Origin: Octopus vulgaris
Lineage: Eukaryota
Direction of reading: 5' to 3'
DNA: 64,000 bases
Assembly: GCA_951406725.2 (NCBI GenBank)
Contig: OX597821.1
Coordinates: 18,290,001-18,354,000 of the forward strand
Made by a program: the position numbers and the translations under genes. The first letter of the stretch is position 1. Every line of letters starts with the position of its first letter. Of this stretch, positions 24,606 through 37,411 are shown in pieces. The notes beneath the pieces are model-generated. The model was not told the DNA's origin. It made no database searches and saw only the letters and a list, made by a program, of their open reading frames with translations.

Positions 24606-25479
24606 AGGCAAAGAGTTAGAAGATGCAAGCATGGCGGTATGGTAAGAAGCTTACTTCCCAACCACATGGTTCCGGGTTCGGCCCCACTGCACAGCAACTT
24701 GGGCAACTGTCTTCTACTATAGCTTAGGGCTAACCAAAGCTTTGTGAGTAGATTTAGTAGATGGAAACTGAAAGAACCCTGTTGTATATATACATATATG
24801 CATATGTTTGTTCCCCAACCATCACTTGACAACCAATGCTGGTGTATTTATGTCTCTGTAACTTAGCAGTTTGGCAACAAGAGACCAATAGTACTAGGCT
24901 TTCAAAGAATAAGTCCTGGGGTCGATTTGTTTGACTAAAGGTGGTGCTCCAGTATGGCCACAATCAAATGACTGAAACAAGTAAAAAAAATACAGTTCTA
25001 TATTTAAGAGATGAGCAATTATTTACATTTGACAGGTATTTGTCCTCATCTTGTTTGTTGTTAACACATTTCAGCTGAAATACCCTCCAGCCTTCATCAA
25101 GTGTCTTGGGGAAATTTTGAACCTGGGTTCACGTTCCTAAGGTATTTTCAATATTGTTGTTATTATTATCATCATCATCATCATTATTCTTGTTTTGAAA
25201 GCGGATGGACGTGTCTCTAGAAGCTCCATAAGTTGCTGCCCAATTTTATTGGAAATTTTGTTAAACCCATTGATATTTTTGTATATTTTTATAGCCAAGC
25301 TGACTAGGTTCTTGCAGAGCTACTCAGTTAGGTGGAATTTTCCGCTTTTAGGGGTGAAATTTTCATTTGAAACTTTGAAATTTAGCTTTGAAACTTGTAA
25401 ATTTTGCCAAGATGTCTTTGAAGACAACAATAAGCTGTTCCCTTCTTTGTGCACCGTAGACAGACGACAAGACAAGTCA

Positions 25480-26260
25480 AATGTCAATACACACTGCCCA
25501 ATTCATGCCTTAAATGGCAAAGAAGAAAATGTGAATCAGTGTTCCACCACATGCAGTGCTACTGATGAAAATGAAGGCTGTTCCTTCAACAGCCTTTCAG
25601 ACCCGCATTTCCTGGCTCTCACCACCACTATTGCTCCTACACCAGAGAAGGAGGAAGAGAGAAACAACACAGTTAACAAAGAACCCAACACCAGTGACAC
25701 CACCAAGACCAACAACAAAAGCTATTGTAATGGTTTCACCTCCGCAACAAAGCAAAGCTCAGAGGAAATCACTGTTATAATGAACGAAATAAAAACCACA
25801 AAGGAGTTGTAAGGAAGGATGGAAACAATGTCTTCCTTAACACTCCACAACAAATAATACAGGAAACAAACAGAAGAACGATAATTTATAAGATTTTCCA
25901 TGTAAACACAAAAAGATGAAAGGCGCATCTCTACATCAGTTGGAGATAGCACTGAAGCCCATATGAGGCAAAAAATCTTTTGTGACCAAAAGGAAGCAGT
26001 TTGGAACAGTAGAAGTTCGCTTCCCATCAGAAGAAATTGCCTAAGAACAATCAACAACACCCCTCAAAACAGAAGATTTGATACTCATGCCAACATACCT
26101 TGGTCGGCACGTAACAAAAATAAAAATTGAGCAAGTGCCGCCCAAACTCAATATATGCTGGCTAGTGACAGCTGAACTCTACAACATAGAAGACACTGCC
26201 ACTATTTCGGAAGTGCATAAATTGCACAGCCAAAACTGGTTGTATGTGGGGATGGAGCTT
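25480..26260 (+). mobile_element. Probable Penelope-like GIY-YIG region, heavily degraded
   Basis: Broken frames give CP..LNGK..NV.QC, YI..DSTEAHMRQKI and ICWLVTAELYNI, resembling the Penelope endonuclease layout with a Thr/Asn-rich insert. Confidence 0.4.
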
Positions 26261-26619
26261 CTTTCTCAGATCAACCTGCAAGCCATAAATTCCATACCTG
26301 TATGTTAATCCAATATATTTCCATGTATGTATCCTTATGTTGTTGGTGCTGCTGTTGTTGTTGCTACTGCTATCACTGCCATTATAGCTGTTAGTGCTGG
26401 ACACATTGCTGGTGTTGCTGCTACTATCTCTGCCATTGCTGCTGTTTACTGACAGACACTAACTCTGCTTCATAGGCCATAGCTTTGGAATTACATCAAC
26501 CACTAACTAGGCTTTCACTGTTAACCCTACATGAGCTGCCTGTCTTTGTGTGGGGGTTAAAGGCATTCACTAAAACCTTCTCTACCCTGAGTGCGCACCT
26601 GAATGAGACCCATAAGTTG

Positions 26620-27330
26620 TACTTATTAAATAATCATCTGTAGTGATAGGATTGTGAGAAATGGTTATCCACAAGTCTAAGGAAAATCCTTCCTATGTGA
26701 GTTTTGACACTGAGTGAAGAGTGGGTCAAACCAAATGACCTAATGGTGGCACTTTCTTTTGTGGGTTTTAGGCCTTGGCAGAAAGGAGATATGGTTCTTA
26801 AACCTGCTGGCTGCCAAAGCCTTATTGTAATAGAAGGCCACAGCATCAAAAATCTCTTTGTTTAAAGAGATGCTTGAAATCTGCTTACTGATACCTTTCA
26901 CCAGGTTTTTAAACATAATCGGTGCATGGCAGGAGGCTGTGTTAATATACAACAGCCTTTTATTTAATTTGTAGTAGGTCCTGTATGAACAGGTAGGTAA
27001 ATCCTAAAGCATTTGCATGATCTGGAAACCTTCTTAAATTCAAAAAGTGAGATGTTTTATTGGTGCCTTCATAAGAGAAAATTCATATTAGAGACACGGG
27101 CTTCCCAGCTTACTAACTTGTAAATGTAAAAAATACATAAATCAATTCTTTTGGGGCACAACTGGAACTGCTCTATGGGAAACAACTCTGTCTCACTCAG
27201 AAGGGTTTTTTACTTCAAAGAATTTCATTTCAGAGGTTTTTCACCACTATGCTGACCAAGACTGCATTCTTATTGCCATTTGTAAAGCAGTCAACATTAT
27301 GCCTCCATTCTCATTGGGATGAAATTGTGT
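26620..27330 (-). mobile_element. Penelope-like RT C-terminal remnant
   Basis: YINTASCHAPIMFKNLVKGISKQISSISLNKEIFDAVAFYYNKALAASRF and SLSVKTHIGRIFLRLVDNHF are typical Penelope thumb/linker motifs. Confidence 0.75.
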
Positions 27331-27488
27331 GGTCCAGTGTTCAAGTTCTGCTTCGCTCATAGGGAAGTTATTTACCTGTCAGTATATATGTGCTATTATC
27401 CAGTTATAAGTGGTTTAACTCTTATTTCTAGCAATATAGGTGCTTTTAGCACATACAATAACAATATATTATATCTATCTATCTATAC

Positions 27489-27525
<37 letters not shown>

Positions 27526-28266
27526 TTAAGTAAAGGATATATTAACCTCTTAAAGGGATGATTACATCCAAGAAAGCACTGATTTTATACCTAATTTTGG
27601 GGGAAATAGATTTTCCCTAAATCAATAGGTATATATTAAGCATATAATCCATATTTGGTACTGTTTGGTTATCTCACCCTCTTTAAAAAGTTGCCATTAA
27701 AAACTAGGTTACCTCCCACTAAAAAGTTAAGTTTATGTGGCGACAAGAGATTGGATTAAAAGAGTTAGGTCCTTTTGATTCAATACTTCAACACATTGTT
27801 GACTTTTGGCCCCTTCAATAGGGATGGAATGATTTGTTATGAAAATGTTGTTAGATTCAATAAGATGTTTAATCTTTACACTATTTATGTTTATTAATTT
27901 TTTCATTTATTTTTGTTTTATTGAGGGTTAAACAACTTTTTTAGTTAGGGGAGATGACCCAATTTTTTAATGGGGGTGAGATAATCAAAGAGTTCCTTGT
28001 ATTGAATTAAGAGAAGAAAAGAAAATGTAGAGTTGAAAGTTAATATTTATTTATTAATAAATCGATAAATCTTACTTTCTATAGATGTTTCTATTTGTGC
28101 TCATTACATAAATTACAAATTTATGCTTCAAATTTGCATTTATAAGATATGAGCAAAATATCACCATGGAAAAAAGATGTACATTAAAAGATTACATGTT
28201 GACCTCTTAGTTCACACCTACAGACTAAATATAATATATATTTATATACACACACATATATATGTA

Positions 28267-28330
<64 letters not shown>

Positions 28331-28430
28331 AGTGTGTATATATTTATATATATATATCCCTCTCTCTCTCAGAGAGGCACAAGCACCTACACACATATGC
28401 ACATGCCTACTAAATTCAGTCACAAAGCTT

Positions 28431-28463
<33 letters not shown>

Positions 28464-28535
28464 TATATATCTATATATATATCATCATCATCATCATCAT
28501 CATTTAACATCCGCTTTCCATGCTAGCATGGGTTG

Positions 28536-28611
<76 letters not shown>

Positions 28612-28613
<2 letters not shown>

Positions 28614-29672
28614 CATCATCATCATCATCATCGTTTAGCATCCGTTTTCCATGCTAGCATGGGTTGGACGGTTCTACTGGGGTCTGTGAAGCCAGAAGGC
28701 TTCATCAGGCCCAGTCAAATCTGGCAGTGTTTCTACGGCTGGATGCCCTTCCTAACGCCAACCACTCCGTGAGTGTAGTGGGTGCTTTTTACGTGCCACC
28801 CGCACTGGTGCCAGACAGAGCTGGCAAACGGCCACGAACGGATGGTGCTATTTATGTGCCACCGGCACGAGGGCCAGGCGAGGCTGGCAACGGACACGAA
28901 ACGGGGCGGTGCTGGCAACGGTCGCGAAACGGAAAGTTCTCTTACATGCCACCGGCACTGGTAACACATCTGCAATTTCCATTGATCGATTTCCATTGAT
29001 CGATTTCGATTCTGATCCTCACTTGCCTCAACGGGTCTTCACAAGCAGAGTTTCGACATGCCACCGGCACTGGTAGCACATCCGCAATTTCCATTGATCG
29101 ATTTCGATTCTGATCCTCACTTGCCTCAACACGTCTTCACAAGTAGAGTTTTGTGTCCCAAGAAGGGAAGGTATGCATACGTAGGCTGGCTCCATCCCAT
29201 GTAGAAGGCCACGTGTTATGGACTCACTTGTCCTGCTGGGTCTTCTCGCGCACAGCACACTTCCAGAGGTCTCGGTCTCTAGTCATTTCCTCAGTGAGAC
29301 CTAAAGTTCGAAGGTCGTGCTTCACCACCTCGTCCCAGGTTTTCCTGGGTCTGCCTCTTCCACAGGTTCCCTCAACCGCTAGGGTGTGGCACTTTTTCAC
29401 ACAACTATCTTCATCCATTCTCGCCACATGACCATACCAGCGCAAACGTCTCTCTTGCACACCACAACTGATGCTTCTTAGGTCCAGCTTTTCTCTCAAG
29501 GTACTTACACTCTGCCATTTGCCAGCTCTGTCTGGCACCAGTGCGGGTGGCATGTAAAAAGCACCCACTACACTCACGGAGTGGTTGGCGTTAGGAAGGG
29601 CATCCAGCCGTAGAAACACTGCCAGATTTGACTGGGCCTGATGAAGCCTTCTGGCTTCACAGACCCCAGTAG
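28612..29672 (-). mobile_element. 5'-truncated RTE LINE with inverted 5' segment
   Basis: ORF 29224-29619 reads RWYGHVARM...GRPRKTW. 29514-29672 is an inverted copy of ~28671-28832. Internal tandem duplication ~28944-29052 / 29056-29152. Confidence 0.88.
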
Positions 29673-29805
29673 AATGTATACATCCTTTCGGGATCGATTA
29701 AATAAGTACCAGTTGCACACTGGGGTCGATATAATCGACTTAATACCTATGCCTGTCCTTGTTTGTCCTCTCTGTGTTTAGCCCCTTGTGGGTAGTAAAG
29801 AAATA

Positions 29806-30293
29806 GGAATAATCTCGTGGTAGTTTACAACCATCTTTGGCTAGTTTGACCCTGTTGTGTCCATTGCTCTGATTGGTTGGCATTTGGCGCAGTTTGTCTT
29901 TCGACTTATTTCGCGACAGTGTGTAAGCCAACCAATCGCAGCCTTTGGATAAGGTTTCATGACACTGTTTTTCTGATCCTTCTTTTGAGCCACCTACAAG
30001 CTATAAAAAGGTCAGCATCCACTATTTCGGGTCAGTGACTAGACCTTAGAAGGTCTAGAGCCAAAGACCCAGAATAGTGAATACTGGCCTTTTTATAGCC
30101 TTTAGGTGTCTCAATTGAAGGATCAGAAAAACAGTGTCATGAGACCTTATCCAAAAGCCGTGATTGGTTGGCTTACACACTGTCGCAAAATAAGTCAAAA
30201 GACAAACTGCACCAAATGCCAACCAATTAGAGCAATGGACACAACACGGTCAAACTAACCAAAGATGGTTGTAAACTACCACGAGATTATTCC
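29806..30293. mobile_element. Foldback palindromic MITE, TA-flanked
   Basis: TA|GGAATAATCTCGTGG ... CCACGAGATTATTCC|TA. The arms are complementary up to the centre CTAGACCTT-AG-AAGGTCTAG (~30048). Confidence 0.88.
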
Positions 30294-30329
30294 TAATATG
30301 TCTCTCAAACAGTGAGGATATCAACCACG

Positions 30330-30785
30330 CTACAAGACAATTACAGCTTTCAGATGTAACAATGTGCACATTTCCTTTGTACACCTGGAAAAGTCTCATG
30401 ACTGCCTGCCGCAAGACATGCTGTTCAGGATTTTGCAGGAATTTAGGATTAATGGGTGACTTTTGGTTTTCAGGAATGCCCAAATGTTTGTGTTTGGGTA
30501 AATGGTACTAGATCAAAACCTGTCAATGTTAGTATTGGACTTCAGTGGGGGTGCATATTGTCATCTCTCTTTTTGATAATTTCTATGAACTGGATTGGCA
30601 TGCAGAGGCATTGTGCAAGTTGTATCACAATTACGGGTGTAGTATCAGTTGTCTGATATTTACAGATGATATGGTGCTACTTGGCTCGTCAGAAGGTGAT
30701 CTCCAGTATGCACTAAATGGATTTACAACTGTGTGCTTCAAGGTAGGAATGAAAATTAGTGTTGTGAAACTGATGGATGATCTTC
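30330..30785 (+). mobile_element. Degraded non-LTR RT core fragment
   Basis: SFVHLEKSHD, GLQWGCILSSLF and LIFTDDMVLL...GMKIS correspond to RT motifs, with frameshifts. Confidence 0.75.
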
Positions 30786-31529
30786 TCAAGTAAGTCTTCC
30801 CTGTGCACACTTCATGTTCATTTGATTTGTAAGTGTACATGAATTGTAAATGCACATGATTTTACAGTGGTTAGACTAGAGATGTAGAAGTCATCATCAT
30901 TGTTCGACTGTAGGGTAGAAAGGGCTCCTTAGCAGTAGTGAAGGCAATCTGTCTAGGGAGATAACCTTACAATAAATCACTCGGTCCGTAGCTTAGAAAT
31001 ACTGGGTTGATGTCCAGCGGGAACAGCTTTGTTTCATGGAGGAGGAAAGACCTTCTTTAGTGCTTGGTTGTACAATGCTTTCCAATGTGTGTTGTAGCAG
31101 CACACGCACACATTATTAGCCATTTGAAAAGAAAAAAGAAATAGGGAATACAATAACATCATTTGTATGGAAAACTATAATGAAGCTGATGCTAATATAT
31201 TCTTACTTTAAGGTGGTGAGCTCGCAGAGTCATTAGCATGCTGGGTAAAATGCTCAGTGGCATTTCATCCATGTTTACAGTCTGAGTTTAAATTCTGCCA
31301 AAGGTGATTTTATCTCTTATCCTATTGGGCTCAAAAAAAGTAACTACCCATTGAGCACTGGGATCTATGTAATCGAATTACCCCTCCCTCGAAATTGCTG
31401 GCTTTGAGCAAAAATTTGAAACCAATATATTCCTACTTCATACAGAGAACATTAATAAGTGAACTGTAAATAAACGTGTGTCAGTGCAAAGTTAATAAGG
31501 GCAAGCAAGGCTAAACAATGCTTAATATT

Positions 31530-31948
31530 TGTAACAGGATCTGGAATCGGTATCACTGAAGGGGTGTCGATCCGATCCCGTCACATACAATTTAGTTAGA
31601 TATAACAGACGAAGTCAGGTTATCTGTGAAAGACAGCAGTGTTGTTTATTAATCGTGATGGTGTATGTATCTCTGAAGGGAAAACGACAGCCGAATCTGT
31701 TGTACAGCTTCTTGTTCGTTGGTTGAAGTAATTCGATGTCGTCCGCGGCTAAGTCAGTGTAGTTATCAGAGACTACCAAATGCACGTCTGTTCACAATGG
31801 CTGAATCGGCCAGAGAGGATGAATGAGTGAGTGTGCCTTAGGGGGGTCAGTTTCCCACACATGTGCATGGGGAAGACTTCCGGTGGCCACCCGGAAGTAG
31901 TCCCATTCTGCGTATGCGCGCTGAACCTTACACAGTAGCATCACTACA
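31530..31948 (-). mobile_element. 3' LTR of Gypsy element
   Basis: Minus strand shows PPT GAGGGGGAG followed by TGTAGT at 31948, AATAAA near 31650, and end ...TTACA at 31530. The distal boundary is less certain. Confidence 0.7.
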
Positions 31949-33735
31949 TGGCTCCCCCTCGAGTGCGGAAGTACGAAAACAAGAAAATTTGTAGTGGTGC
32001 TGCAGAAAAACAGATGGCTTGCCGATACCCCAGAAGATTTGGTACATAATATCATACAAAAAAACAAGAAATTTGAAAGAAAGTTAAATATAGATTGTCT
32101 TTCTTGGGCCAATGCACTGTTCTGCCTGATCTTGTAACATACGGTGTGCTCGGGGTACCCGTTGACGGCGAGGGTGGTGCTGTAGGAGCCGGTGAAGGCA
32201 AAGGTGTCTGTGCAGGTGAAGGTGTTTGTGCAGGTGAAGGTGTTGTTAAAGGTGCATAGGTGGGTGTGGCAAGGTTGTCATCAAAAGATGAAGACGTCTC
32301 AAAGTATGCTTTCTTTAATCGGTCCACGGAAACGGTCTCCGAACGACCATTTATTTCAATAGTGAAAACCTTAGGTGTGCGAGAAAGCACACGGAAAGTT
32401 CCTTTATAGGGAGAAACAAGTGGCCCCTTGACAGAGTCGTCCCGAACAAAAACATGCGACCAAGTGTCCATATCCGGTGGGAGATGGGATGGTGGAGATT
32501 GCTTCCTGGGAACCATGGGTGGAAGATTCGAGAAATATGCACGCAGTCTGGCGACATAGGTCGCCGGATCATGGGGCTGGGAAGTGTCTGTCACCAACAT
32601 CGTACCAGGCAATGCCAGTGTGGTACCATACAGCAGCTCTGCAGCAGAAAACCCCAGGCCTGCCTTGACAGCAGTCCGACAACCGAGAAGCACAATGGGC
32701 AGAAATTCAATCCATGAAGAGGCACAAAGAGCGGCCTTGAGCTGTCTATGGAACCGTTCAACTAATCCATTAGACGCTGGATGATAGCTAGTAGTGTGGA
32801 TATGATGCACACCTAAAATGCGTGACAATTTGCGAAATAGCAAAGCTTCAAACTGACGTCCACGATCAGTGGTCAATCTGGATGGGACTCCGAAACGGGA
32901 AATCCAGTTTAAAACGAAGGCTCGCGCAACAGTCTCAGCAGAAATGTCTGCTATTGGAATGGCTTCTGGCCAGCGGGAGAAACGGTCGACACAAGTTAAC
33001 AGATAAGAAAACCCACGACTCACAGGCCATGGTCCAACCAGATCGATGTGGACATGGCGAAAACTGGCCTCCGCAAGGGGGAAAATGTCCAAGCGGGGCA
33101 CAAACGTGCCGTTGAATCTTGGACCGTTGACACTTGGAGCAGGTGCGTGTCCAAGAAGTAATAGTGCGACGCATATTCGGCCAGAAAAACCGAGCAGTGA
33201 TTAGTTTAAGGGTGGCAGCGATGCCAGGATGTGATAAGGAGTGCAGTGCTTCAAACACTGAGCGTTGATGATTCTCAGACACGAGTGGCCTGGGAGAACC
33301 AGTGGAAGTATCACAAAGTATCGGCTGACGGAAGCGGAAGGTAGGAAAACTGGCAACAGGAGAACTTGGGAGAAGTTAAGTCTAACGACGCCAAAGGTGG
33401 CTGCTCCTGCGAGATGGCAGCTTAGTCGATAGCAGCAGGAGATGAAAGGGCGCAGACTGGAAGGCGAGAGAGAGCGTCAGCAGGAATGTTCTCTTTTCCA
33501 GGTATGTGTCGAATGTTACTAGTGAATTGAGAGATAAAATCCAGGTGCCGGAAAGCACGAGGTGAGAGTTTGTCCGTTTTTGAACACAGGGCAAACGTAA
33601 GGGGCTTGTGATCCGTATAGATCACAAAATCTCGCCCTTCAAGTTGATGCTGGAAATGACGAACCGATAGATAGATTCTAGGAGCTCACGATCAAAGGTG
33701 CTGTATTGTCGTTCAGCTGGTTGCACTTGTTGCAG
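31949..33735 (-). mobile_element. 5'-truncated Ty3/Gypsy pol (RNase H + integrase), frameshifted
   Basis: YSTFDRELL, IYTDHKPL and ADALSRL (RNase H). HSLSHPG...CSKCQ (HHCC). [16 protein letters not shown] and NGLVERFHR (DDE). PYKGTFRV (GPY/F). Confidence 0.93.
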
Positions 33736-34529
33736 AGGAAATACATAGTAACCTCAGTTGGAGGAAGAGAGTGAGAGTGAGAGAGCGAGAGTAAGGGAGA
33801 GCAAGAGAAGGTGAGAGATGATGGCAATGTGCCAGGGCATACCCTCAAGGTGCAAGGATGTGAATATAAATAGAATGATAGAGGATTACCCAGGATGTGT
33901 GAGTAGGGGTCATATAAGAATGCAAAATGTGGGGAGGGGAATTGCAGTGAATGGTGAAATTGGGTCATATAAGAAGGGGATGACTGGATAGCAATGATAC
34001 AGTTGGTTGGCGGGAGGATATGATTTGGTTTCAGAAATGGGGAAGGAGAGATAAGTACAGTGCATGAAGAAGTGGAGATGAGAAGAAGAGATGCAGTATG
34101 ATTTATGGGAGTAGGGTGTGTATCAAAATCAAATCAAATCAAATCAGATATCAGAAACCAAAATTGAAGTCGATCAACATCAATGGAAATTGCAGCTGTG
34201 ATACCAGTGCCGGTGACAAGTAAGCGAACCATCCGATCATGGCCGTTGCCAGCGCTGCCCCGACTGGCCTCCGTGCCGGTGGCACGTAAAAAGCACCCAC
34301 TACACTCATGGAGTGGTTGGCATTAGGAAGGGCATCCAGCCGTAGAAACACTGTCAGATCAGACTGGGCCTGATGCAGCCTTCTGGCTTCCCAGACCCCA
34401 GTTGAACCGTCCAACCCATGCTAGTATGGAAAGCGGATGCTAAATGATGATGATGATGATGATGATGATGCAGGTGGAACATACAACACTTCCAGAACTC
34501 AGTTTCATTGAGGTGGGCAGGTCATCTCA

Positions 34530-34890
34530 AGAACCTCATAATGCTTGACATCTTGCTCCATTGTCATCTCCTCAATGAGGCCCAACATCTTGAGATCAAC
34601 CCTTGCTACTTCATCCTATGTCTTCCTGGATCTTCCTTTTCCATTGGTGCCATCCACTTTAAGTGATTGGCACTTGTTTATACAACAGTCTTCATTCATA
34701 TATACCCATATCCAAACTCACTTAGTCTTCTGTCTTGCATGCAACAGCTGATTCTTCCTAAGCCCAACTTTTCTTGCAGAACATTTGTACTTTTGTTATA
34801 CAAGAACACTGATGTTGCACGTCCATCGGAGCATACTAGCTTCTTTCTTCTCAAGTGTACACATAATGTCTGCATTCAAGAGTCACATCT
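34530..34890 (-). mobile_element. Diverged RTE C-terminal fragment
   Basis: Colinear with, but diverged from, 3780-4080. Confidence 0.6.
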
Positions 34891-34916
34891 CACGTCTCTA
34901 TCTATCTATCTATCTA

Positions 34917-34990
<74 letters not shown>

Positions 34991-35501
34991 CGTCCGTCCG
35001 TCTGTCCGTCCGTCCGTCCATCCGTCCGTCCGTCCGTCTGTCTGTCTGTCTGTCTGTGTGTGTGTGTGTGTGTGTGTGTATGCACAGCTATGCATGCACG
35101 CACTTACACACATGTGTATGTGTGTATGATAAGTTGCATTGCTAAGTGGCATTTTGTCTGTCTTTACATTCTGAGTTCAAATTCCGCCAAGGTTGACGTT
35201 GCCTTTCAATCTTTTGGGTTGATAAAATAAGAAAATAAGTACTAGTCAAGTACTGGGGCTAATGTAATCAACTTATACCTTCCCCAAAATTTCAGGCCTT
35301 ATGCCTATAGTAGAAAAGATTATTACCATATAGTTGTATATAATTGTATATGTATATCTGTGTGTTTGTGTATGTGTGTGTGTGAGTGTGTGTGCGTATA
35401 CATACACACACATGCACACATATCTATCTATCTATCTATCTACCTATCTATCTCTCTCTCTCTCTCTCTATCTGTCTGTTTGTCTGTCTGTCTGATGTCT
35501 G

Positions 35502-35567
<66 letters not shown>

Positions 35568-35618
35568 GATATATATATATATATTAATTGAAGTGTACAG
35601 TATTATATATCCATTAGG

Positions 35619-35707
35619 GCTCATCTTACCAATTGGTTTTGCACTAGGAGTTCAACGAGTGTTAGGTAACAGTCCGATTATGTAACCTTGTGCTCATCAG
35701 AGGTAGC
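35619..35707 (-). ncRNA. Type I minimal hammerhead ribozyme motif, one core mutation
   Basis: GCUACCU-CUGAUGA-GCACAAGG...CCUAGUGC-AAA-ACCAAUUGGU-A-AGAUGAGC. Confidence 0.65.
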
Positions 35708-37153
35708 TGTTATGGAATGAAATATGATGACTGCCTGAGTGAGACGGGGAAGAGAGGGAGAGATAGAGAGAGAGAGATACACACACACACACACACATGT
35801 TACCTTGCTTTGAATGTCATGATACCACACACATGACTCCAAGAATCATGTGGTGGCTATCATAATAGGTTTGTTTTGGGAATTTATAGACTTAGCAGAG
35901 TCCATCACTCTCAAAGTCTGAACACAGCTGAATTCTTCCAGAAGAGACAGATAGACAGAGTAAAAGACAGAGAGAAGAGAAGAAACAACCCTATTTCAGG
36001 ATTGGTACTTTATTTATCACAAGACTATCTTGTCACCACTTTAATGGCTTATGCATTTAACATTATGTGTGTGTGTGTGTGCGTGTGTGTGTGTGTGTGC
36101 GTGTGTGTGTGTGTGTATGCACTAATCCTTCTAATGTTAACTAGCCCTAGAGTACCACACACACACACACACACATGATTCCTATCCCCTCTGACTTTTC
36201 CCCTACCACTTTTCTCAATAAACCCTAACCCTAACTCCTTCACTTTTCCATGTTCCCTGTTGTTCTTCTGCCCCCAGTTAGTGCCTACCGTACAACTCTT
36301 TTCCACTCATCCCCTTGTACTTTCTCTCCTTTTTTTCTCTCTATTTTAGGCCCTTAGCCATGCAAGTTACAAGGTAGTTTTCACTACTGCTGATGTCTTG
36401 AAAAATATACTTGGTCCCCTCTGTAAAGTAGGTGGCATTAGGAAGGGCATCTGGCCAAAACAATCTTACAGAAGTAGGCCCTGAAGCATTGTGCAGTCCA
36501 CTGAGCCATCAGAATCTATCAAACCATAAAATTGATGACAGTGTGGAAGCTAGACATTAAATGATGACAATGATATATCTTATGAGCTACATTTTGGTTT
36601 GGTTTCTATGGATAGATGCTCTTCCTAACACAAAATATTCTTCAGAGTGTATTGCATATATATTTTCATGGTACCAGCTCTTGGGATGTATCATGTCCTA
36701 ATCAAAACTTATGGCTCCTGTCACACTTTACAGAGTATACTGGGTGCATTTCTTTTTTTCATAGCACCAACACTAATGAGGTAGCCTTGTCTATTACATG
36801 ATTTAAGAAATCTGTTGACCTCATATGACTGCTTACTCACAAACCTTTTTTATAATATGTGAGGCATGGCTAATGGAGTGATAGGTGCATGAATGGTATG
36901 GGTATGAATGATAGCCAGTTGAGTGATAGAGATAATGATGATAAGAAAGTGAGTGATAGAGAGAGATGAGATGGTGTCAAGGTACACAGACACCAATGAC
37001 AAAACGATAAAAGGTTAAGTGATAGAGATAGAGGTGATAGGGGAATGATGAGAGGGCATCAAGTTGCGGGGGAGACAGTGATAGCAGACTTGGTGGTAAA
37101 TATATCTACTCACACACACATGCATAGATACATGTGATGTATACACACACACA

Positions 37154-37202
<49 letters not shown>

Positions 37203-37411
37203 TCACTCACTCATATGCACATATGTATGTATTAAATCTGTCAGTCTTTATTACTATTGCCATTCTTGTGATTTTTCAATTCATCTTTCTTCCAAATGAC
37301 CAATCAACATGGTCCTTTGTCAACTCCTTCATGAAATGCACCATCATTAAGTCATATTTCACTACATAGTCCCACATTTTTTTTGTCTCTTCCTTTCACA
37401 GGAGCCATTTG

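Noticed and set aside
25195-25812. 205-aa ORF
   Set aside because: No ATG start or recognisable domain. It spans low-complexity, probably Penelope-derived pieces.
36219-36236. CCCTAACCCTAA motifs (also 16453)
   Set aside because: Only two units. Not a telomere array, and no telomerase RNA context.
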